Source of the DNA: Alphaproteobacteria bacterium
Lineage (GTDB): Bacteria > Pseudomonadota > Alphaproteobacteria > Bin95
Direction of reading: 5' to 3'
Assembly (NCBI GenBank): GCA_965205265.1
Contig: CBDBGH010000003.1
Coordinates: 4,512,001 to 4,576,000, forward strand
DNA length: 64,000 nucleotides
In this document: piece by piece, positions 22,613 to 34,326 of the stretch
Numbering within the stretch: position 1 is the stretch's first letter
How the letters are laid out: each line of letters starts with the position of its first letter
Notes under the pieces: generated by a model
Told to the model about the DNA's origin: nothing
Seen by the model: only the letters and a program-made list of their open reading frames with translations
Database searches by the model: none
Translations under genes and position numbers: made by a program

Positions 22613-23173
22613 ATGGGCAAACCGAAGGCAGAACCCCGCCTGGCCGAGAACGAGGCGCTGGCCTACGTGAAATATATCCGCACCAGCCCGCGCAAGCTCA
22701 ACCTGGTCGCGCAGAGCATTCGCGGCCTGAGCGTCGAAGCGGCGCTCGATACGCTCGCCTTCTCGAAGAAGCGCGTGGCGGAGGATGTCCGCAAGGCCGT
22801 GCAGTCGGCGGTCGCGAATGCGGAGAACAACCACGAGCTCGACATCGACCGGCTGGTGGTGGCCGAGGCGACGGTCGGACGGACAATCGTGATGAAGCGC
22901 ATGCGGCCCCGCGCCAGGGGCCGGGTCGGGCGGCTGGAGAAGCCGTTCAGCAATCTCCGCGTCGTGGTGCGGGAACTGCCCGACGAGGACGACCTTTTCG
23001 TCCTGGACGACGAGGATGAGGCGGCCGTCGCCGACGACGGGGATGAAGTTGCCGTCGCCGACGACGGGGATGAAGTTGCCGTCGCCGACGACGGGGATGA
23101 AGTTGCCGTCGCCGACGACGGGGATGAAGTTGCCGTCGCCGACGACGGGGATGCGGTCGAGGAGCGCGTGTGA
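22613..23173 (+). CDS. rplV: 50S ribosomal protein L22 with a 65-aa acidic repeat tail
   Basis: [26 protein letters not shown] core; then AVADDGDEV repeats; stop overlaps the rpsC ATG. Confidence 0.97.
   Translation: MGKPKAEPRLAENEALAYVKYIRTSPRKLNLVAQSIRGLSVEAALDTLAFSKKRVAEDVRKAVQSAVANAENNHELDIDRLVVAEATVGRTIVMKRMRPRARGRVGRLEKPFSNLRVVVRELPDEDDLFVLDDEDEAAVADDGDEVAVADDGDEVAVADDGDEVAVADDGDEVAVADDGDAVEERV
23024..23153 (+). repeat. In-frame 27-bp VNTR: 4 perfect copies plus a 22-nt partial copy
   Basis: Unit gccgtcgccgacgacggggatgaagtt starting at 23024, 23051, 23078, 23105 and (partial) 23132. Confidence 0.97.
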
Positions 23174-23856
23174 TGGGCCATAAAGTCAACCCGATCGGGC
23201 TCCGGCTCGGCATCAACCGGACCTGGAACTCGCGCTGGTATGCGGACCGCGACTATGGCGACCTGCTGCACGAGGATCTGCAGATCCGCGACTTCCTGGA
23301 GAAGCGGCTCCAGAATGCGGGCCTTTCCAAGATCGTCATCGAGCGCCCGGCGAAGAAGGCGCGCGTCACTATCCACACGGCCCGCCCGGGCGTGGTGATC
23401 GGCAAGAAGGGCGCCGATATCGAGCGGCTGCGCACGGCGCTCGGCAAGATGACCAACAGCGATGTCAACCTCAACATCGTCGAGATCCGCAAGCCCGAGA
23501 TCGACGCGCGGCTGGTGGCCGACAATATCGCCCAGCAGCTCGAGCGCCGCGTCGCGTTCCGCCGCGCGATGAAGCGGGCGGTGCAGTCGGCGATGCGGCT
23601 CGGCGCGCTCGGCATCCGCATCAATGTGGGCGGGCGCCTCGGCGGCGCGGAGATTGCGCGCACCGAATGGTACCGCGAGGGCCGGGTGCCGCTGCACACG
23701 CTCCGGGCCGATATCGACTATGGCGAGGCGACCGCGAACACGACCTACGGCTCCTGCGGGGTGAAGGTCTGGGTGTTCAAGGGCGAGATCATGGCGCACG
23801 ACCCGATGGCGCAGGACAAGCGGCTGGCCGAAGAGCGCGCCGCGATGGGCCGCTGA
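23173..23856 (+). CDS. rpsC: 30S ribosomal protein S3
   Basis: [36 protein letters not shown]. Confidence 0.99.
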   Translation: MGHKVNPIGLRLGINRTWNSRWYADRDYGDLLHEDLQIRDFLEKRLQNAGLSKIVIERPAKKARVTIHTARPGVVIGKKGADIERLRTALGKMTNSDVNLNIVEIRKPEIDARLVADNIAQQLERRVAFRRAMKRAVQSAMRLGALGIRINVGGRLGGAEIARTEWYREGRVPLHTLRADIDYGEATANTTYGSCGVKVWVFKGEIMAHDPMAQDKRLAEERAAMGR

Positions 23857-23868
23857 GGAGGCGGGGCT

Positions 23869-24282
23869 ATGCTGCAACCGAGGCGCACGAAATACCGCAA
23901 GCGGCAGAAGGGGCGCATCCACGGCATGGCGAAGGGCGGCACGGCGCTGACTTTCGGCAGCTACGGCCTCAAGGCCGCTGCGCCGGCCAGGATTACCGCC
24001 CGGCAGATCGAGGCGGCCCGGCGCACGATCACCCGCCGGATGCGCCGCGCGGGCAAGGTGTGGATCCGCATCTTCCCGGATGTGCCGGTCTCGACCAAGC
24101 CGGCCGAGGTGCGCATGGGCAAGGGCAAGGGCTCGCCGGAATACTGGGTGGCGAAGGTCAAGCCCGGACGGATCATGTTCGAGCTCGACGGCGTGCCCGA
24201 GACCGTGGCCCGCGACGCCTTCGCGCTCGCTTCCGCGAAACTGCCGATTGCGACCCGTGTGGTCGTCCGCGACGGGATCTGA
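23869..24282 (+). CDS. rplP: 50S ribosomal protein L16
   Basis: [16 protein letters not shown]. Confidence 0.99.
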   Translation: MLQPRRTKYRKRQKGRIHGMAKGGTALTFGSYGLKAAAPARITARQIEAARRTITRRMRRAGKVWIRIFPDVPVSTKPAEVRMGKGKGSPEYWVAKVKPGRIMFELDGVPETVARDAFALASAKLPIATRVVVRDGI

Positions 24283-24286
24283 GGCC

Positions 24287-24490
24287 ATGAAGGCGATCGA
24301 TGTGCGCGCACGCACCGCCGACGAGCTGTCGGAGCTTCTGGAGGACCTCCAGAAGGCAGCCTTCAACCTGCGCTTCCAGAGAGCGTCGGGCCAGCTCGAA
24401 AACACTGCCGAGATACGCAAGGTGCGCCGGGACATCGCCAGGATCAAGACGATCCTCGGCGAGAAGAGCCGCGCGGCGGCCGGGGCCTGA
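24287..24490 (+). CDS. rpmC: 50S ribosomal protein L29
   Basis: [14 protein letters not shown]...[10 protein letters not shown]. Confidence 0.97.
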   Translation: MKAIDVRARTADELSELLEDLQKAAFNLRFQRASGQLENTAEIRKVRRDIARIKTILGEKSRAAAGA

Positions 24491-24503
24491 GGACGACACC
24501 GCC

Positions 24504-24770
24504 ATGCCGAAACGAATCCTTCAGGGCGTCGTGGTCAGCGACAAGATGGACAAGACGATCATTGTCCGCGTCGACCGCCGCGTGCGCCATCCGCTCTACA
24601 AGAAGTTCATCACGCGCTCGAAGAAATTCGCCGCGCATGACGAGGAGAACCTGTATCGCGAGGGCGATACCGTGAGGATCGAGGAGCACCGCCCGATCTC
24701 GAGGCGCAAGCGCTGGATGGCGCTCGCCCGCGTGGGCGAAGAGCGGGCGTCCGGGGAGGCCGCGGCATGA
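24504..24770 (+). CDS. rpsQ: 30S ribosomal protein S17
   Basis: [26 protein letters not shown]. Confidence 0.98.
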   Translation: MPKRILQGVVVSDKMDKTIIVRVDRRVRHPLYKKFITRSKKFAAHDEENLYREGDTVRIEEHRPISRRKRWMALARVGEERASGEAAA

Positions 24771-25135
24771 TCCAGGTCGAGACCAATCTGGATGTCGCCG
24801 ACAACTCCGGGGCCCGCCGGGTGCAGTGTATCCGGGTGCTCGGGGGCACCGGCCGCCGGACGGCGTCTGTGGGCGACATCATCGTCGTGTCCGTGAAGGA
24901 GGCGATCCCGCGCGGCCGTGTGCGCAAGGGCGAAATCCGCCGCGCCGTGGTGGTGCGCACCAAGAAGGAAGTGACGCGGCCCGACGGCACGGCGATCCGG
25001 TTCGACCGCAATGCGGCGGTGATCCTGAGCCCGCAGAACGAGCCGGTCGGCACGCGGATTTTCGGCCCGGTGACGCGCGAGCTGCGCGCCAAGCGGTTCA
25101 TGAAGATCATCTCGCTGGCCCCGGAGGTGCTGTGA
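24767..25135 (+). CDS. rplN: 50S ribosomal protein L14
   Basis: [22 protein letters not shown]. Confidence 0.99.
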   Translation: MIQVETNLDVADNSGARRVQCIRVLGGTGRRTASVGDIIVVSVKEAIPRGRVRKGEIRRAVVVRTKKEVTRPDGTAIRFDRNAAVILSPQNEPVGTRIFGPVTRELRAKRFMKIISLAPEVL

Positions 25136-25452
25136 TGGCGGCGCGTATTCGCAAGGGCGACCGGGTGGCGGTGCTGACCGGCCGCGACCGGGGCAAGCGC
25201 GGGGAAGTGCTGCGCGTGCTGCCGGACAAGGAGCGCGCGGTGGTCCAGGGCGTCAACATGGTCACCAAGCACCGCCGCGACAGCGCGCAGGGTTCGGGTG
25301 GCGTCGAGGAGATCGAGGCGACGGTCCATCTCTCCAATCTCGCCCATATCGACCCCGAAACCGACAAGCCGACCCGCGTGGGGTTCCGCTTCCTCGAAGA
25401 CGGCCGCAAGGCCCGTTTCGCGCGGGGCTCCGGCTCGGTGATAGACCGCTAG
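25135..25452 (+). CDS. rplX: 50S ribosomal protein L24
   Basis: [22 protein letters not shown] motif, HLSNL. Confidence 0.97.
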   Translation: MAARIRKGDRVAVLTGRDRGKRGEVLRVLPDKERAVVQGVNMVTKHRRDSAQGSGGVEEIEATVHLSNLAHIDPETDKPTRVGFRFLEDGRKARFARGSGSVIDR

Positions 25453-25465
25453 GAGGCCCTGCATC

Positions 25466-26005
25466 ATGCCCCGTCTCCATGACATCTACCGCGAAACAGT
25501 GCGCCCGGCGCTGATCGAGCAGTTCGGCTACGCGAACCCGATGCAGGTGCCGGCGCTCGACAAGATCGTGCTGAACATGGGCGTCGGCGAAGCCGTGGGC
25601 GACAGCAAGAAGATCGAGGCCGCGGTTGCGGACCTCACGGCCATTTCCGGCCAGAAGCCGGTGGTGACGAAGGCCCGGAAATCGATCGCCAGCTTCAAGC
25701 TGCGCGAAGGGATGACGATCGGCTGCAAGGTCACGCTGCGCCGGACGCGGATGTGGGAGTTCTTCGACCGCCTGACGACCATCGCGCTGCCGCGCGTGCG
25801 CGATTTCCGCGGCGTGTCGCCGAGAGGCTTCGACGGGCGCGGCAACTATTCGCTCGGAATCCGGGAGCAGATCATCTTTCCCGAGATTTCCTACGACAGG
25901 GTCGATGCAATTCGCGGGATGAACATCGTCATCTGCACCACGGCTCGCACGAACGAGGAAGCGCGGGCCCTGCTCGGCGGCCTCAACATGCCGTTCGAGC
26001 GCTAG
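25466..26005 (+). CDS. rplE: 50S ribosomal protein L5
   Basis: [25 protein letters not shown]. Confidence 0.99.
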   Translation: MPRLHDIYRETVRPALIEQFGYANPMQVPALDKIVLNMGVGEAVGDSKKIEAAVADLTAISGQKPVVTKARKSIASFKLREGMTIGCKVTLRRTRMWEFFDRLTTIALPRVRDFRGVSPRGFDGRGNYSLGIREQIIFPEISYDRVDAIRGMNIVICTTARTNEEARALLGGLNMPFER

Positions 26006-26029
26006 GCGCAAGGGAGGACAGGAACGCCC

Positions 26030-26335
26030 ATGGCCAAGGTCAGCATGGTGGAGCGGGAAAAGAGACGCCGCCGGATCGTGGCGCAGTATGCGAAGAGGCG
26101 CGCGGCCTTGCGCGCCGCAGTACGGGACAACTCGCTTGCGCCGGACGAGCGCTTCGCCGCGTCGCTGAAGCTTGCGACCCTGCCGCGCAACGGCGCCAAG
26201 GTGCGGTTGCGCAACCGTTGCGAGGTGTCCGGGCGGCCGCGGGGTTATTACCGCAAGTTCCGCCTGTCGCGGATTGCGCTTCGCGAATTGGCGTCGCGGG
26301 GGCAGGTGCCCGGCGTCGTCAAGGCGAGCTGGTAG
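26030..26335 (+). CDS. rpsN: 30S ribosomal protein S14 (long, zinc-independent type)
   Basis: [22 protein letters not shown]; 101 aa with a single Cys. Confidence 0.98.
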   Translation: MAKVSMVEREKRRRRIVAQYAKRRAALRAAVRDNSLAPDERFAASLKLATLPRNGAKVRLRNRCEVSGRPRGYYRKFRLSRIALRELASRGQVPGVVKASW

Positions 26336-26354
26336 GAAAGGAGGTGCCCATCCA

Positions 26355-26750
26355 ATGACGATGAGCGATCCTCTCGGCGATATGCTCACCCGTATCCGCA
26401 ACGGCCAGCGGGCCGGCAAGCCGCATGTCGTGTCGCCGAAATCGAAGCTGCGCATGAACGTGCTGCAGGTGCTGGCGCGCGAGGGCTATATCCGCAGCTA
26501 TCAGGAAAGCCATGAGGGGCCGGCCGGAGAGCTGCGCATCGAGCTGAAATATTACGAGGGCCAGCCGGTAATCCGTTCGATCCAGCGGGTTTCGAAGCCG
26601 GGCCGGCGGGTCTATTCCCGGATCAAGGACCTCAAGCCCTACAATAACGGGCTCGGCATCCAGATCCTGTCGACGCCGCGCGGCGTGATGTCGGACCACG
26701 AGGCGCGGTCCTTCAATGTCGGCGGCGAAGTGCTCTGCCAGGTGTTCTGA
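26355..26750 (+). CDS. rpsH: 30S ribosomal protein S8
   Basis: [26 protein letters not shown]. Confidence 0.98.
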   Translation: MTMSDPLGDMLTRIRNGQRAGKPHVVSPKSKLRMNVLQVLAREGYIRSYQESHEGPAGELRIELKYYEGQPVIRSIQRVSKPGRRVYSRIKDLKPYNNGLGIQILSTPRGVMSDHEARSFNVGGEVLCQVF

Positions 26751-27286
26751 TGTCGCGCGTTGGCAAGAATCCCGTTGCAATCCCGGACGGGGCCGAGGTC
26801 CGCTACGAAAGCGCCGTGCTGAGCGCGAAGGGCAGACTCGGCGAACTCAGCTTCCCGGTTTCCGAGGAGTTCGTCGAAATCGAACTCGCGGACGGCCTGA
26901 TTACGGTGCGGCCGCGCGACGAGTCCAAGCGGGCCCGCGCCATGTGGGGCACGACCCGGTCGCTCGCGCAGAACATCGTGACCGGCGTGAGCCGGGGCTT
27001 CACCCGCAACCTGGAGATCTCCGGGGTCGGCTACCGCGCCGAGGTGAGGGGCCGGGTGCTGGTGCTCTCGCTCGGCTACAGCCATCCGGTCGAATATCCG
27101 ATCCCGGAGGGCATCGAGATCGTCTGCGAGCGCCCGACGACGATTGCCGTCAGCGGCGCCGACCGGCAGCGCGTCGGCCAGGTCGCGGCCGAGATCCGCG
27201 CCTGGCGCAAGCCCGAGCCTTACAAGGGCAAGGGTGTGAGGTATGAGGGCGAATACATCTTCCGCAAGGAAGGCAAGAAGAAGTAG
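26750..27286 (+). CDS. rplF: 50S ribosomal protein L6
   Basis: [20 protein letters not shown]. Confidence 0.99.
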   Translation: MSRVGKNPVAIPDGAEVRYESAVLSAKGRLGELSFPVSEEFVEIELADGLITVRPRDESKRARAMWGTTRSLAQNIVTGVSRGFTRNLEISGVGYRAEVRGRVLVLSLGYSHPVEYPIPEGIEIVCERPTTIAVSGADRQRVGQVAAEIRAWRKPEPYKGKGVRYEGEYIFRKEGKKK

Positions 27287-27295
27287 AGGCGGGCG

Positions 27296-27649
27296 ATGCT
27301 GACGACACAGGAACTCTTCGAGCGGCGCAGGCGGCGCGTGCGCTACGGCCTGAGAAAGGCCGGCGGCGGGTGCCCGCGCCTGTCGGTGTTCCGTTCCAAC
27401 CGCTATATCTATGCGCAGATCGTGGACGACCGGCAGGGCAGGACGCTGGTTGCCGCCTCGTCGCTGGAAAAGGACCTGCGCGAGGGCGCGGGCAACAAGC
27501 AGGCGGCGCAGGCGGTGGGCGCAAGGCTGGCCGAGCGCGCGGTTGCGGCGGGCGTGACGGACGTGGTCTTCGACCGCGGCGGCTACAAGTATCACGGACG
27601 GGTCAAGGCGCTTGCCGACGCGGCCCGCGAGGGCGGCCTCTCGTTCTGA
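27296..27649 (+). CDS. rplR: 50S ribosomal protein L18
   Basis: [22 protein letters not shown]. Confidence 0.98.
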   Translation: MLTTQELFERRRRRVRYGLRKAGGGCPRLSVFRSNRYIYAQIVDDRQGRTLVAASSLEKDLREGAGNKQAAQAVGARLAERAVAAGVTDVVFDRGGYKYHGRVKALADAAREGGLSF

Positions 27650-27690
27650 CGGGAGGCCTGGGCAGGAGCTGGGAAGGAAGGCGGGGCAGC

Positions 27691-28278
27691 ATGGCACGGG
27701 GACCGAGATCGGACCGCGGGCGGGACCGCGAAGAGAGCGAGTTCATCGAGAAGCTCGTCTCGATCAACCGCGTCGCCAAGGTGGTGAAGGGAGGCCGGCG
27801 GTTCGGCTTCTCGGCGCTCGTCGTGGCGGGCGACGGCCAGGGACGGGCGGGCGTCGGCGCCGGCAAGGCGCGCGAGGTGCCGGAAGCCATCCGAAAGGCG
27901 ACCGAACGCGCCAAGCGCACGATGCGCCGGGTGCCGCTGAAGGACGGGCGCACCCTCCACCACGATGTGGATGGGCGTTTCGGCGCGGGCCGGGTGGTCC
28001 TTCGCGCGGCGCCGCAGGGCACCGGCGTCATTGCCGGCGGGCCGATGCGTGCGGTTTTCGAGGCGCTCGGCATTCAGGATGTGGTCGCCAAGTCGCTGGG
28101 CTCCTCCAACCCGCACAATATGGTCAAGGCCACCTTCGAGGCGCTTTCCCGCACGGCGAGCCCACGCATGGTCGCACAGAGGCGGGGCAAGCGGCCGTCC
28201 GACCTGTTCGGACCGCGCATGCCGGCCGGCGGGTCCGCGGAGACCGACGCGCCGGCCGAGGTTGCAGCCGATGAATGA
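27691..28278 (+). CDS. rpsE: 30S ribosomal protein S5
   Basis: [21 protein letters not shown]. Confidence 0.98.
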   Translation: MARGPRSDRGRDREESEFIEKLVSINRVAKVVKGGRRFGFSALVVAGDGQGRAGVGAGKAREVPEAIRKATERAKRTMRRVPLKDGRTLHHDVDGRFGAGRVVLRAAPQGTGVIAGGPMRAVFEALGIQDVVAKSLGSSNPHNMVKATFEALSRTASPRMVAQRRGKRPSDLFGPRMPAGGSAETDAPAEVAADE

Positions 28279-28468
28279 CGGGGCTGCAAAGCGCGTGAAG
28301 GTCACGCAGACCGGCTCGCCGATCCGGCGGCCCAAGGTGCAGCGCGAGACGCTGATCGGCCTCGGGCTGAACAAGATGAACCGGTCGCGCATCCTGGAGG
28401 ACACCCCGGCCGTGAGGGGCATGATCGCCAAGGTGCGGCACATGGTGCGCGTGGAAGAGGTTGAATAA
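28271..28468 (+). CDS. rpmD: 50S ribosomal protein L30
   Basis: [23 protein letters not shown]. Confidence 0.96.
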   Translation: MNDGAAKRVKVTQTGSPIRRPKVQRETLIGLGLNKMNRSRILEDTPAVRGMIAKVRHMVRVEEVE

Positions 28469-28514
28469 GGGCTGTCCGCCTCCGATTTCAGGAGCGAGCG
28501 AGGACGAAGACGCG

Positions 28515-28994
28515 ATGAAGCTGAACGAACTCTCGGACAATCCGGGCGCGCGCAGGACGGCCAAGCGGGTCGGGCGCGGCATCGGCTCCGGCAAGGGCAA
28601 GACCTCCGGGCGCGGCGTAAAGGGCCAGAAGTCCCGCAGCGGCGTGGCCCTCGACGGGTTCGAGGGCGGGCAGATGCCGCTCTACCGCCGGTTGCCGAAA
28701 CGGGGTTTCAACAACCACCGGTTTCGCGCCCGCTACCAGGCGGTCAATCTCGGCCGCCTCCAGCTTGCGGTGGACGCCGGCAAGCTCGATCCGGCAGAGC
28801 CGGTCGATGCGGCCGCGCTCGTCGCTTCGGGCGTCGTGCGCCGGGCGCGGGACGGCGTCAGGCTGCTTGCGGGCGGTGGGCTCAAGGCGGGGCTCGACAT
28901 CCGGGTGGCCGGGGCCTCGAAGGCGGCGGTGGCGGCGGTCGAGGCCGCGGGCGGCAGTGTGACCCTGCTGAACGCGGCACCGGCGGAAGGGTAG
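28515..28994 (+). CDS. rplO: 50S ribosomal protein L15
   Basis: [30 protein letters not shown]. Confidence 0.98.
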   Translation: MKLNELSDNPGARRTAKRVGRGIGSGKGKTSGRGVKGQKSRSGVALDGFEGGQMPLYRRLPKRGFNNHRFRARYQAVNLGRLQLAVDAGKLDPAEPVDAAALVASGVVRRARDGVRLLAGGGLKAGLDIRVAGASKAAVAAVEAAGGSVTLLNAAPAEG

Positions 28995-29003
28995 CCGGCT
29001 GCC

Positions 29004-30358
<1,355 letters not shown>

Positions 30359-30362
<4 letters not shown>

Positions 30363-31033
30363 TCCTGATCCTGCTGGGCCCGCCCGGTGCGGGCAAGGGA
30401 ACGCAGGCCAGGCGACTGACGGAAGAACGGGGGCTGCCGCAGCTCTCCACCGGTGAGATGCTGCGGGCGGAAATTGCCGGCGGCGGGGATCTCGGCAGGC
30501 AGGCCGCGGCGGTGGTGGAAGCGGGCCGACTGATGCCGGACGAGATCATGACCGGGATCATCTCCAAGCGGATCGATGCGAAGGACTGCGCCGGCGGGTT
30601 CATCCTCGACGGCTTCCCGCGCACGACCGCGCAGGCCGAGGCGCTCGACGCCCTTCTCGCCAGCAAGGAAATCGCGCTCGACGCCGTTCTGCTGCTGGAG
30701 GTGGACGAGGAGGCGCTGGTCGAACGCATTTCCGGCCGGTCCACCTGCAGGAAATGCGGCGAGGGATATCACGACAGTTTCAAGCCGCCGGCGGTCGCGG
30801 GGCGTTGCGACAAATGCGGAGCCTCGGACTTCGAGCGCCGGCCCGACGATAGCGCCGAGACGGTGCGGGAGCGGCTCAGGGTCTATCGCGGCCGGACCGA
30901 ACCCGTCCTGCCCTATTACGAATCGAAGGGCCTGCTGCGCCGGGTTGACGGCATGGCGGAAATCGGCGAGGTTGCCCGCCAGATCGATGTCGCGCTTGGC
31001 GGGGAAGCCGGCGGCCGGCCTTTGGACGGTTGA
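30359..31033 (+). CDS. adk: Adenylate kinase with Zn-binding LID
   Basis: [16 protein letters not shown], CxxC...CxxC LID. Confidence 0.97.
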
Positions 31034-31058
31034 CGGTTTTCGCGGTAGGGCGTATGTT
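31030..31058 (+). promoter_or_regulatory. Candidate sigma70 promoter of the alpha operon
   Basis: TTGACG-17 bp-TATGTT, about 40 nt before rpsM. Confidence 0.7.
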
Positions 31059-31097
31059 GCGCTGTTTCAGCGATCCAGCCTAAAGGGAGTCCCAGGA

Positions 31098-31466
31098 GTG
31101 GCGCGAATTGCCGGCGTCAACATTCCGACGCAGAAGCGCGTCGAGATTTCGCTGACTTATATCCACGGCATCGGGCGGGCCAAATCGCGGGAGATCTGCG
31201 AGAAGGCGGAGGTGCCGCTGGAGTACAGGGTCAACCAGTTGACCGAGGACCAGGTCATCCGCATCCGCGAGACGATCGACCGCGACTACATGGTCGAGGG
31301 CGATTTGCGGCGCGAGGTTGCGATCAACATCAAGCGGCTGATGGACCTCGGCTGCTATCGCGGCCAGCGCCACCGCAAGGGACTCCCCGTGCGCGGCCAG
31401 CGCACCCACACCAATGCGCGCACCCGCAAGGGCAAGGCGCGGCCGATCGCCGGCAAGAAGAAGTAA
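31098..31466 (+). CDS. rpsM: 30S ribosomal protein S13
   Basis: [34 protein letters not shown]; GTG start. Confidence 0.98.
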   Translation: MARIAGVNIPTQKRVEISLTYIHGIGRAKSREICEKAEVPLEYRVNQLTEDQVIRIRETIDRDYMVEGDLRREVAINIKRLMDLGCYRGQRHRKGLPVRGQRTHTNARTRKGKARPIAGKKK

Positions 31467-31488
31467 GCCAGGAAGGAGCCGGTAGAGG

Positions 31489-31881
31489 ATGGCGAGGCCA
31501 GCTGCCGCCCGCGTGCGCAGGCGCGAGCGGAAGAACATTTCCTCCGGCGTCGCGCATGTGAATGCGACGTTCAACAACACGATGATTACCATCACCGATG
31601 TCCAGGGCAATGCGATCGCCTGGTCGTCGGCGGGCGGGCAGGGCTTCAAGGGTTCCCGCAAGTCCACCCCGTTCGCAGCCCAGATCGCCGCCGAGGACTG
31701 CGCCCGCAAGGCGCAGGAACACGGCGTAAAGACACTGGATGTCAATGTGCGCGGACCGGGCTCGGGGCGCGAATCCGCGTTGCGCGCACTTCAGGCGGCC
31801 GGCTTCACGATCACGTCGATTCGCGATGTGACGCCGATACCGCATAACGGCTGCCGTCCGCCGAAGCGTCGGCGCGTTTGA
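31489..31881 (+). CDS. rpsK: 30S ribosomal protein S11
   Basis: [31 protein letters not shown]. Confidence 0.99.
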   Translation: MARPAAARVRRRERKNISSGVAHVNATFNNTMITITDVQGNAIAWSSAGGQGFKGSRKSTPFAAQIAAEDCARKAQEHGVKTLDVNVRGPGSGRESALRALQAAGFTITSIRDVTPIPHNGCRPPKRRRV

Positions 31882-31939
31882 CCGCAGCACCCGATCGAAA
31901 CCAGCGGGCCGGCTCTCCCGGCAGGGGTTGAACGAAACG

Positions 31940-32968
31940 ATGTCCACATCGTTCACGCACAAGAATTGGCAGGACCTCATCAAGCCCGGCAAGCTCGACC
32001 TGCAGGCCGGGGGCGATCCCGGCCGGTCGGCCGTCATCGCGGCCGAGCCGCTCGAGCGCGGCTTCGGCATCACGCTCGGCAACGCGCTTCGGCGGATCAT
32101 GCTGTCCTCGCTGCAGGGCGCGGCCGTGACGCGGGTGCAGATCGACGGCGTGCTGCACGAATTCTCCTCGATTGCGGGCGTCCGGGAGGACGTCACCGAC
32201 ATCGTCCTCAACATCAAGGGGCTGGCCCTGCGCAAGCATTCCGAGGGCCCGAGGCGGATGGTGCTGGACGCGACGGGACCGGGCGTGGTGACCGCCGGAC
32301 GCATCCAGGCCGGCTCCGACATAGAGATCATGGACCCCGACCATGTCATCTGCACGCTCGACCGGGGCGCCAGCCTGCGCATGGAAATGACGGTCGAGAA
32401 CGGCAAGGGCTATGTCCAGGCGGCAGACAACCGGCCCGAGGACGCGCCCATCGGCATGATTCCGGTGGACGCCATATACAGCCCGGTCCGCCAGGTGTCT
32501 TACCGCATCGAGCAGACCCGCGTCGGCCAGGCCACGGACTATGACAAGCTGCTGCTCGACGTGCAGACGGACGGCTCCGTCTCGCCGGAGGACGCCGTCG
32601 CCTTCGCCGCGCGCATCCTGCAGGACCAGCTGCAGTTGTTCGTGAATTTCGAAGACCTCCAGCAGTCGCAGCCGGAGGGCCGGGCCGTCGATCTGCCGTT
32701 CAACCCGCATTTGCTGCGCAAGGTCGAGGAACTGGAACTGTCGGTCCGCTCGGCGAACTGCCTGAAGAACGACAACATCATCTATATCGGCGACCTGGTG
32801 CAGAAGACCGAGAACGAAATGCTCCGCACGCCCAATTTCGGCAGGAAGTCGCTGAACGAGATCAAGGCGCTGCTGAAGCAGATGGAGCTGGACCTCGGGA
32901 TGGAAGTGCAGAACTGGCCGCCGGACAATATCGAAGAGCTGGCCAAGCGGCTCGACGAGCCGTTCTGA
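31940..32968 (+). CDS. rpoA: RNA polymerase alpha subunit
   Basis: [36 protein letters not shown]. Confidence 0.99.
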   Translation: MSTSFTHKNWQDLIKPGKLDLQAGGDPGRSAVIAAEPLERGFGITLGNALRRIMLSSLQGAAVTRVQIDGVLHEFSSIAGVREDVTDIVLNIKGLALRKHSEGPRRMVLDATGPGVVTAGRIQAGSDIEIMDPDHVICTLDRGASLRMEMTVENGKGYVQAADNRPEDAPIGMIPVDAIYSPVRQVSYRIEQTRVGQATDYDKLLLDVQTDGSVSPEDAVAFAARILQDQLQLFVNFEDLQQSQPEGRAVDLPFNPHLLRKVEELELSVRSANCLKNDNIIYIGDLVQKTENEMLRTPNFGRKSLNEIKALLKQMELDLGMEVQNWPPDNIEELAKRLDEPF

Positions 32969-32984
32969 GCGGGAGGGGCAAGCG

Positions 32985-33413
32985 ATGCGCCATCGCAAAC
33001 AGGGCCGGCGGCTCAACCGGAGCTGGGCTCACCGCAAGGCGATGTTCTCCAACATGGCGAACGCGCTCATCAAGCATGAGCAGATCCGCACCACCCTGCC
33101 GAAGGCCAAGGAGCTGCGCCCCGTAGTGGAAAGGCTGGTCACGCTGGCCAAGCGCGGCGACCTCCACGCGCGCCGGCAGGCCTTCGCCCGGCTCCGGGAC
33201 GACGCCATGGTCGCAAAGCTGTTCTCGACCCTGCGGGAGCGCTATGCGGACCGCCCCGGCGGTTATACGCGCGTGCTCAAGGCCGGCTTCCGCAAGGGCG
33301 ACATGGCGCCGATGGCGCTGATCGAATTCGTGGACCGGGACGTCGCCGCCAAGGGTCAGGACAGCGGTCCGACCCAGGAGCGCGAGGACGCCGCCTTGGA
33401 CGACGCCGCGTAG
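32985..33413 (+). CDS. rplQ: 50S ribosomal protein L17
   Basis: [20 protein letters not shown]. Confidence 0.99.
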   Translation: MRHRKQGRRLNRSWAHRKAMFSNMANALIKHEQIRTTLPKAKELRPVVERLVTLAKRGDLHARRQAFARLRDDAMVAKLFSTLRERYADRPGGYTRVLKAGFRKGDMAPMALIEFVDRDVAAKGQDSGPTQEREDAALDDAA

Positions 33414-33450
33414 CGCCCGGCCGGGCCGCGGCGCCGCCGTCCGGCCTCCC

Positions 33451-34326
33451 ATGCGCTCGCATTACGCTCGCGGCCTTGCGCTGACATTTGCCGGCGTCCT
33501 CGCCGTCACGCCCGATACATTGCTGGTGCGCCTGGTCGATGCCGACCCTTGGACCCTGGTGTTCTGGCGGGGGCTGGGCATTGCCGGCGCCCTTGCCGTT
33601 ATCGTCGGGGCGGTCGAGGGACGGGCGGGGCTGCGCAACATTTTCCGCTTCGGCCCGCGCCGGCTGCTGGGGGCCGCGCTTATGGTCGCGGTCAGCCACT
33701 GCTTCGTCTGGGCGCTGGCGCTCACCGCCGCGGCGAATGTGCTGGTGGTGCTTGCCGCCTCGCCGCTCGCCGCTGCGGTCATCGGGCGGCTCTTCCTGGG
33801 CGAGCCGGTGCCGGCCCGGACATGGGTGGCCGCCATTGCCGTGGCCGGCGGGGTCGCGGTCATTTTCGCGGACGACCTGGAGAGGGGGCGGCTTGCCGGC
33901 AATCTCTGCGCCGCCATAGCGACCGTCGCGCTCGCCGCCTATTTCGTGCTGCTGCGCTCGATCCGGGCGGCGAGCACGCTTCCGGTGCCCATCTGGGGCA
34001 ATCTGGCGGCGGCGCTTGTGGCGCTTCCCTTCGCCTCGCCCTTCGCAGTGTCGGAAACGGGGGTGCTCTGGCTGGTGCTCATGGCCGGCCTGCTGCTTCC
34101 GGCGGGGATCGGCCTCATCAGCACCGGGCCCCGCTACATTCCAGCTGCGGAGGTGGGTCTGCTGCTCCTGCTCGAAACCCTGCTCGGGCCGCTATGGGTG
34201 TGGCTCGGCACGGGCGAGGCGCCGACAAAGGCCGTGCTGGCGGCGGGCGCGGTGATCGTCGCGGCGCTCGCCATGAACTCCGCTCTTGGGCTACGCTCCG
34301 CCGCCCCGAGGGAGATGCCGCCATGA
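33451..34326 (+). CDS. EamA/DMT family transporter
   Basis: About 10 hydrophobic segments in two repeats, each ending with LGE/GE motifs; LLETLLGPLWVW. Confidence 0.85.
   Translation: MRSHYARGLALTFAGVLAVTPDTLLVRLVDADPWTLVFWRGLGIAGALAVIVGAVEGRAGLRNIFRFGPRRLLGAALMVAVSHCFVWALALTAAANVLVVLAASPLAAAVIGRLFLGEPVPARTWVAAIAVAGGVAVIFADDLERGRLAGNLCAAIATVALAAYFVLLRSIRAASTLPVPIWGNLAAALVALPFASPFAVSETGVLWLVLMAGLLLPAGIGLISTGPRYIPAAEVGLLLLLETLLGPLWVWLGTGEAPTKAVLAAGAVIVAALAMNSALGLRSAAPREMPP

Noticed and set aside
22947-23216. Arg-rich antisense ORF with RRRRRQLHP repeats
   Set aside because: It is simply the reverse-strand reading of the L22 VNTR.
33549-34322. 258-codon N-terminal extension of the GGT ORF
   Set aside because: It overlaps the EamA gene in another frame and is low-complexity; GGT homology starts at ATG 34323.
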